Shown here piece by piece: positions 58,479 to 64,000 of a DNA stretch of 64,000 bases; position 1 is the stretch's first letter; every line of letters begins with the position of its first letter. The notes under the pieces were generated by a model. It was not told the origin of the DNA. It did no database searches and saw only the letters and a program-made list of their open reading frames with translations. A program made the position numbers and the translations under genes. Location: NCBI GenBank assembly GCA_050953365.1, contig JBMNMN010000009.1, forward strand, positions 117,313 through 181,312. The letters are read 5' to 3'. This DNA comes from Anaerovoracaceae bacterium (GTDB taxonomy: Bacteria > Bacillota > Clostridia > Peptostreptococcales > Anaerovoracaceae).

Positions 58479-61400
58479 CTACACCAGATTTGCTTCCTTT
58501 AATAATTTTAATATTACTGTGGCGGCCTCGCCGCGGGTGATATTTGCCTTGGGATTAATTTTGCCATTTGATCCGACTATCAACCCGTTATTCAAATTGA
58601 AATCAACCGCTTCCGTTGCCCATTGGGATTTTGCGTCATAATCCCTATAAGCTTTCTTATCAACTGACGCCTCGGCTCCGTTAATAGGAGCAAGTTTTGA
58701 TGCATTGAATACGATCTGCATGGCTTCTTCCCGCGTAATCTTCGCCAAGGGATCAAATCTATTATCGCCTTTTCCGGACACAATACCGTACTGGGCGGCT
58801 GCCGCAACGGCTTGATTATACCAGCTATCCGCCGCTACATCGGAGAATTGGGACGTGCCTTTTGCGGGAAGTCCTAATGCACGGGTCATGATGGCTGCAA
58901 ATTCCGCTCTGGTGATCTCTCTGTCCCCGGCAACAACATTGTTACCGATCCCGCTGATAATTCTTCTGTCCGCCATTTCCTTCACGATATCCTTATACCA
59001 CTTTCCGTCCGTGTCGTTAAAAGCAGTCTTTTGGCTGACAAGTACATAGGTAGAATTTGTCCGGGTAGTAATTACCACGTAGTGCTTTCCGCCCTCGTGA
59101 TATACGGAAGTGGGCACAGGCCGGAATGTATTATTCCCTTCAAAGACCATGGCCGTAGTAACACTATCGGCTGTCTCCTTATCCACTTCAAGCCTTCTTT
59201 GCACGTATTGATTAAAGCTGGCGATTTCCACAGTTTTCCCTCCATAGGAGGCGGTAATATTGAAAACAACGGGAGTACCCAGCAACCCAAGCCCTTCTGA
59301 ATCTGCGGATGCCTGCAAGGATGCCGCTTCATCTGAAGAAGGCTGCGCTATGGTAATGGAGAGGGAAATGTCAGCATTGCCTCCTTCCGCACCCAAAAGA
59401 CCTTTTATCGCATCCGTATCTATAGAGCTGGCAGGAACATCAATAGCCACAGGACCGCTTAGTATGGTCAAGGTCATTTCTTTTTCCGCCATGCTTTCAA
59501 AGGAGCTTAGAGGAAGTTGGGCGGTTGAGGTCTCGTTCTCTGATAGTGGGATCATGATTCCCGAGCCCTCTTCAGCCGTCTCCACGTAGCTTTCCAACCT
59601 GTCTCCATCCACTATGGTCGTGGTTGTTGTTCCGTCTGTTGTTTCCGTCCCCATCTCATGTTCTTTTTGTTCAGGCAGAGACCCGGTGGTGCTGCCGCCA
59701 CCTCCGCTGCTACCGCTGCTCCCACCGCTATCACCGCTGCCGCTGCTCACAGCCTTCCAGTTTGCGGTTATGGTCACATCCCTGGCAGGCATGGTGAAGG
59801 TTGTGATTTGCGCACTGGCATCGACGAAGGTCACATCTTCAGATTCGGAAGTCCAGCCTTCAAAGGTATAACCCGAACGGGTGCCGGCATCAATGGTAAC
59901 AACTTCGTTTTCGGCATAATTGCCGGCTCCTGTAGCTCCCGTACCCGTGCTTTCCACAGTAACGGTATAGGTTTCAGGCGTAACGACAGGTTCATTTTCC
60001 AATTCAACTGCTATCGTTACAGCCCAGGCAGGCATGGTGAAGGTATATACTGCACCGAATGATACTTCTGTTGTGGTCACATTGTCATTACCGGCATCTG
60101 TTACCGTAATTGATTTAAACTGTTTTCCGGATTCGATATTGGCAATGGTTACGGTTACGATTTCACCTGCTTTCGCTTCTGTCTTGTCTGTCGTTACCTC
60201 AGCGGTTCCACCTACTACAGAGGCCACCGTTATACTTTCACCGCTATCCGGCCCGCCCGCATTGCCCGGTTTCACGTAAATATCAACAGAGTCATAAATT
60301 CCTGTTCCGCTCAATGTTGCCGTAACAGTACACTGTAAAACGCCGCCGCTTTCCATAACCTCATCTATTGCAGCGCTTGTTACGGTAACAACTCCGTCAT
60401 TAACGGATATTCCATCGATGGCAGGAACCATGCTCCACTCTATGTTTCCTCCTTCATAGACATCTCCGTACTGATCGTATACAGTAGCGGTAAATGTCAA
60501 AGTGTTGGGTTCCGCAAGGCCGCTTGGAATTTCAACGAAGCTATCCCCTACTTGAATTTCCAAAAGGACCGGAACAGCCTCCGTTTGTCCATCCTCATCA
60601 GCTACATAAGCTTCGACCAAATAAACCGCTTCATCAAATGTAAACTCAATAGAAACCGTCTCCCCAATGTTCAAACTCCCCAATGGTTCGATTAAAGAGA
60701 GGAGAATGTTTTCTTTATCATCATAGGCATTTAGGAATACATATTGATCGGTCAAATCGGTTCCGGAGTTATTTACAACCGTAACCTCTGCAGAGTCATA
60801 GGTTTCATTCAGCTCAACTGTCGTAAACACTCCAACAGGGGCTCCATAAGTAAAGAAATAACTTCTTTCTTCATAGTCCGTAGAACCGGTTCCATATACG
60901 ATCTTCCAGTCCAAACGATATTCGCCTCCATCTTCCAAATTATCAAAAGGAATGTTCACCATATCACTTTCCGCATCTATAATTCCTTGTAACCCATCTT
61001 CCGTTAGACTCAAGGTTTGTACTTCATTCCACTCATCACCATAGATAAATAGGGTTGCATTTAAACTCCTTGTGTTGACAGCCGCAGGGTGATAGATCGG
61101 CGTTTGCGCTATCATGCTTCCCGGGGCAGATGAGGTGTATGTTGTGTCCCCAACCGGTTTATACTCATCCAATCCTTCATGCTGTGAAGGGGGGTAGGTG
61201 TAGTTGACTCCCTCGTGTTTAACTTTAACATCATAGATAGTATTAAAGATATCATCCTCATTCCCCGGATTGGCATACATATTCAGCACCTTTGTGCGCA
61301 TGTCCTCTGTGAGAAGATAGGTGCTTCTCTCATATACTTCTTTTATACCGGTAGCCTTTTTATAAATGTCATACAGGCGATTGCTTACGGGGACAGTATC

Positions 61401-63998
61401 AACGGTACCTGCATCAAGGTATCCTCTTATCTCCTTAATGGAGTTTCGTAAAAACTGGACATCATCAGTCTCTCCCTTTAGAATATCGCAAATCTGAGGG
61501 ATATCACATATGTTATAATAGTAAAGTACATCCTCTCCATCTCTTGTTAGATCATCCCATATATCGTCTAATCCATACTCATGTCTCAATGAGTAAAAGC
61601 TTTTGACCGGTGTCCCCTTACTTTCTGCATAATTATCTAGTGCGTTACTTCTCAACTGCTGCATTTCAATATCCAAGGCACCAATTTTACCAATAAGTTC
61701 TCTTGTTTCAACCTCACCAATCTCAGCTTTTCTTTCGATTTCCTTGAGCTTATTGTAGAGTGTAGTAGTATTACCCCCGTCTTTTATATACGCTCGAAGG
61801 CCTGAAACATCAAAGGCGGAGATAGAAACCAATTCCGTATTATATAGATATGGATTGTATCCATGAATATCATAAGCACCTAGGAAATAAGTTCCTTCCC
61901 ATAATGACTCATAACTATCGGTAATATTTTTTATCTTTGCTAAGTCATTCGCCATATTCTGTTCTGCTGTCTTGTATTCTGATAACCATGCATCCATTTC
62001 TTCATAATAGTTTGTTCTTCCGTCTTTAAAAGCGTTTTCATTGTATATGCAGTCCTCATGCGCTCGGGTCAGAATCTCACTCACATGTGAGAGTTCCATA
62101 TATATAGCATAAGCTTCTTCAAAGAGGCTTGTTGGTCTGGTAATAGCCAATGCTTCTGCGAATTCATCTATTGTTATATCCGGATCATACAATTCTTCCG
62201 GTAAATTTGCCTCTATGAACGCTTCTGAAAAACCATTCTTACGATAAGCTTCTCCTTCATCACTGTTAAATGGATTAATATAATATGGATTATTCTCATA
62301 ATTTACGCTTGGATCTATCTCCGTGTCATTATGTAGCTTCCAAACCACACTGTTATACTTGATTAGATAGTTTTCTTCCAGGCTTTTCAATAGATTGAGG
62401 TAAAAGACTACATTCTGCACAGGGACTTCAATGCTATTATATAATTCTTCTGAAGATCCTTTCAGTGTATCAACAGTCTCCAACATTGCTTCTACTTTTG
62501 TTTGGTAACCTAAAATATGCCCACTTAACTGATCATAAAAGCTATCATATGGCTGCCCATAATAGTTCTCAAGTTTCGGACTAAAAGAAGCCGTCCCATC
62601 AAAATAGCTTCCTCCGACAGGTATCCTGTAAAGAGTCGCTTCATTATTATAATCCGGCAGGTCATTATCCAGTTTATCCTTTAGATCCTTAAGCTCCAAT
62701 TCAAATGTTGCGATCTCGGCGCTCGTATCGTTGTATGCTTCCATAAACAATCCGGAAATTATATTGACCTTTCCTGTAACTTCATGATCCAGAATACTTT
62801 TCTGTGCCATCACCTCATCAAAAATCATCTCTGCTGCCGTAAGGTAAGGTGTGTCTTCTGAAATGTGATCATTCAGCCATTGATCAAAATTATTATCGAA
62901 AAGATCTCTTTTTAGCTCCTCTTCAGCTTTCCAATTAAACGCCAGAGTAATATTCACATCATCGTCATCTCCCGGCTCGATTGCGTCCGGTGTGACAAAT
63001 GTCTCTTCTATACTTTCCTTATAACTTGCCTGTTCCTCCTCCTTTTTGCTCGCTTTTTCCTGTTCTGCAGCTAACAAAGCCTCCGAAAGACTATTAAGGT
63101 TATCACGTGCAGCTCTAAGCTCTCCTATTTTTGCATCCATTTTGGTCTTACTATTTTCTGCCAACTTCGCGTAGGTTCTCATATAGCTGGCGTAGAGATG
63201 TACTTGTTCTCCAACTGTAAGATGAGCCGTTCCCCCATCCAAGACAATACCCAATTTCTCCACAAGGGAGCCACCATCGGCACCGACTACCTGCATCAAT
63301 ACATTGGTCACATCGGCTATCATGCCGGATGTAGCCATAGTAGCTCCTTGTACTACGCTAGGAACAAATAGCATATCCGTGAACATTTGCGTGCACTGGA
63401 CTGCAGTAAAGGATACAGCCGTGCCTATACTTTTAGCACGTAAATCTACTGCTTTCTGATAATACTCTTTACCGATCGCAAAATGTTGTTCCAATGCATC
63501 CTTGGCCTCTACATAAGCTTTTCTCTCTAAGTTGTTCGTAGATATATTCGCCGGGATTACATAGTTTTTCAAGCCCTCATAGTCTTCGTACAAATTACTT
63601 AAAGAAACCTCCCCATTGAAGATTGGTTGCAACTCGGGGAAGGTCCGTTTTGCCACTCTTTCTTTCCAGATTTTGTTTGCCTCATACCACTCACTGCTCT
63701 GATTGGTCCAATGCTTTATATAAGCATATCCATTTTCTCCAAAGGCGGCCTTTCTTGCGGTAGTTGTATATAGAGTCTTATAGGTGGTTTTCCTGTCTTC
63801 ATCGCTCATTCGGTTCCAGGCCTCTCGGTTTACTGCGCTGGTGGCCTCATCTGTGCGGTACTTAACTCCATCCATTTCATATTCAACATAGCGTCCGTAC
63901 CCTCCCCAGAGAATGCTCGGTACCTCGGTTAATTTGACACTATTATCTTCCTCTGCTGCAAGAACAGGCCCCGTCACAGCTGCCAGTGAAGTCAGCAT
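58479..63998 (-). CDS. giant cell-surface protein with three C-terminal SLH domains (5' end outside window)
   Basis: More than 1839 aa. The visible N-terminus is the end of a signal peptide (VLA/AEE). Then about 900 aa of Tyr/Glu/Asn-rich, helix-prone sequence with no motif I recognise. Ig-like and Listeria-Bacteroides-repeat-like modules follow (GYTFEGW), then a Gly/Ser linker and three SLH repeats at the C-terminus. Confidence 0.8.
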   Translation of the reverse strand: MLTSLAAVTGPVLAAEEDNSVKLTEVPSILWGGYGRYVEYEMDGVKYRTDEATSAVNREAWNRMSDEDRKTTYKTLYTTTARKAAFGENGYAYIKHWTNQSSEWYEANKIWKERVAKRTFPELQPIFNGEVSLSNLYEDYEGLKNYVIPANISTNNLERKAYVEAKDALEQHFAIGKEYYQKAVDLRAKSIGTAVSFTAVQCTQMFTDMLFVPSVVQGATMATSGMIADVTNVLMQVVGADGGSLVEKLGIVLDGGTAHLTVGEQVHLYASYMRTYAKLAENSKTKMDAKIGELRAARDNLNSLSEALLAAEQEKASKKEEEQASYKESIEETFVTPDAIEPGDDDDVNITLAFNWKAEEELKRDLFDNNFDQWLNDHISEDTPYLTAAEMIFDEVMAQKSILDHEVTGKVNIISGLFMEAYNDTSAEIATFELELKDLKDKLDNDLPDYNNEATLYRIPVGGSYFDGTASFSPKLENYYGQPYDSFYDQLSGHILGYQTKVEAMLETVDTLKGSSEELYNSIEVPVQNVVFYLNLLKSLEENYLIKYNSVVWKLHNDTEIDPSVNYENNPYYINPFNSDEGEAYRKNGFSEAFIEANLPEELYDPDITIDEFAEALAITRPTSLFEEAYAIYMELSHVSEILTRAHEDCIYNENAFKDGRTNYYEEMDAWLSEYKTAEQNMANDLAKIKNITDSYESLWEGTYFLGAYDIHGYNPYLYNTELVSISAFDVSGLRAYIKDGGNTTTLYNKLKEIERKAEIGEVETRELIGKIGALDIEMQQLRSNALDNYAESKGTPVKSFYSLRHEYGLDDIWDDLTRDGEDVLYYYNICDIPQICDILKGETDDVQFLRNSIKEIRGYLDAGTVDTVPVSNRLYDIYKKATGIKEVYERSTYLLTEDMRTKVLNMYANPGNEDDIFNTIYDVKVKHEGVNYTYPPSQHEGLDEYKPVGDTTYTSSAPGSMIAQTPIYHPAAVNTRSLNATLFIYGDEWNEVQTLSLTEDGLQGIIDAESDMVNIPFDNLEDGGEYRLDWKIVYGTGSTDYEERSYFFTYGAPVGVFTTVELNETYDSAEVTVVNNSGTDLTDQYVFLNAYDDKENILLSLIEPLGSLNIGETVSIEFTFDEAVYLVEAYVADEDGQTEAVPVLLEIQVGDSFVEIPSGLAEPNTLTFTATVYDQYGDVYEGGNIEWSMVPAIDGISVNDGVVTVTSAAIDEVMESGGVLQCTVTATLSGTGIYDSVDIYVKPGNAGGPDSGESITVASVVGGTAEVTTDKTEAKAGEIVTVTIANIESGKQFKSITVTDAGNDNVTTTEVSFGAVYTFTMPAWAVTIAVELENEPVVTPETYTVTVESTGTGATGAGNYAENEVVTIDAGTRSGYTFEGWTSESEDVTFVDASAQITTFTMPARDVTITANWKAVSSGSGDSGGSSGSSGGGGSTTGSLPEQKEHEMGTETTDGTTTTTIVDGDRLESYVETAEEGSGIMIPLSENETSTAQLPLSSFESMAEKEMTLTILSGPVAIDVPASSIDTDAIKGLLGAEGGNADISLSITIAQPSSDEAASLQASADSEGLGLLGTPVVFNITASYGGKTVEIASFNQYVQRRLEVDKETADSVTTAMVFEGNNTFRPVPTSVYHEGGKHYVVITTRTNSTYVLVSQKTAFNDTDGKWYKDIVKEMADRRIISGIGNNVVAGDREITRAEFAAIMTRALGLPAKGTSQFSDVAADSWYNQAVAAAAQYGIVSGKGDNRFDPLAKITREEAMQIVFNASKLAPINGAEASVDKKAYRDYDAKSQWATEAVDFNLNNGLIVGSNGKINPKANITRGEAATVILKLLKEANLV

Positions 63999-64000
63999 AC

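Overview
The window looks like a Firmicutes/Clostridia-type chromosomal segment of moderate GC. All identifications are from motifs read by eye; no database search was possible. Most of it is housekeeping genes on the minus strand: radA, an EF-G paralog, asnS, lysS, greA, dusB, a Na+-pumping methylmalonyl-CoA decarboxylase operon, ftsH, tilS, ahcY, glmS-glmM-cdaR-cdaA, hpf, comFC, recD2, cca and yhaM. On the plus strand are a PFK, gltX and nadE. The right edge holds a 5'-truncated giant SLH-anchored surface protein.

Eight insertion-sequence copies from five families are present:
- two inverted IS4-family copies bracketing about 55 kb
- one IS30
- one IS110 inside the mmd operon
- two near-identical ISLre2-type copies plus a third, diverged ISLre2-type element
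- one frameshift-decayed IS21

I found no recognisable defence island, CRISPR array, prophage, tRNA or rRNA. The unexplained signals are all non-coding:
1. A roughly 270-bp composite element occurs at two loci (16.4 kb and 45.4/48.1 kb). Each has four hyphenated palindromes (TCAACT-N24-AGTTGA) at the same 82/52/82-bp spacing, and one copy is split by the IS21.
2. A repeat-dense non-coding island between yhaM and nadE carries 6 x 19 bp, 4 x 43 bp and 6 x ~13 bp tandem repeats.
3. A roughly 200-nt closed-stem structured region sits between comFC and hpf, the classic context of the raiA-motif RNA. Two perfect DnaA boxes lie beside it.
4. One 9-bp target, ATTTCTTGA, is present three times around two tandem ISLre2-type elements.

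I also flag several smaller operator-like repeats, a 37-codon hydrophobic ORF and a possible leaderless tilS. The long antisense ORFs in the ORF track are judged to be codon-bias shadows.
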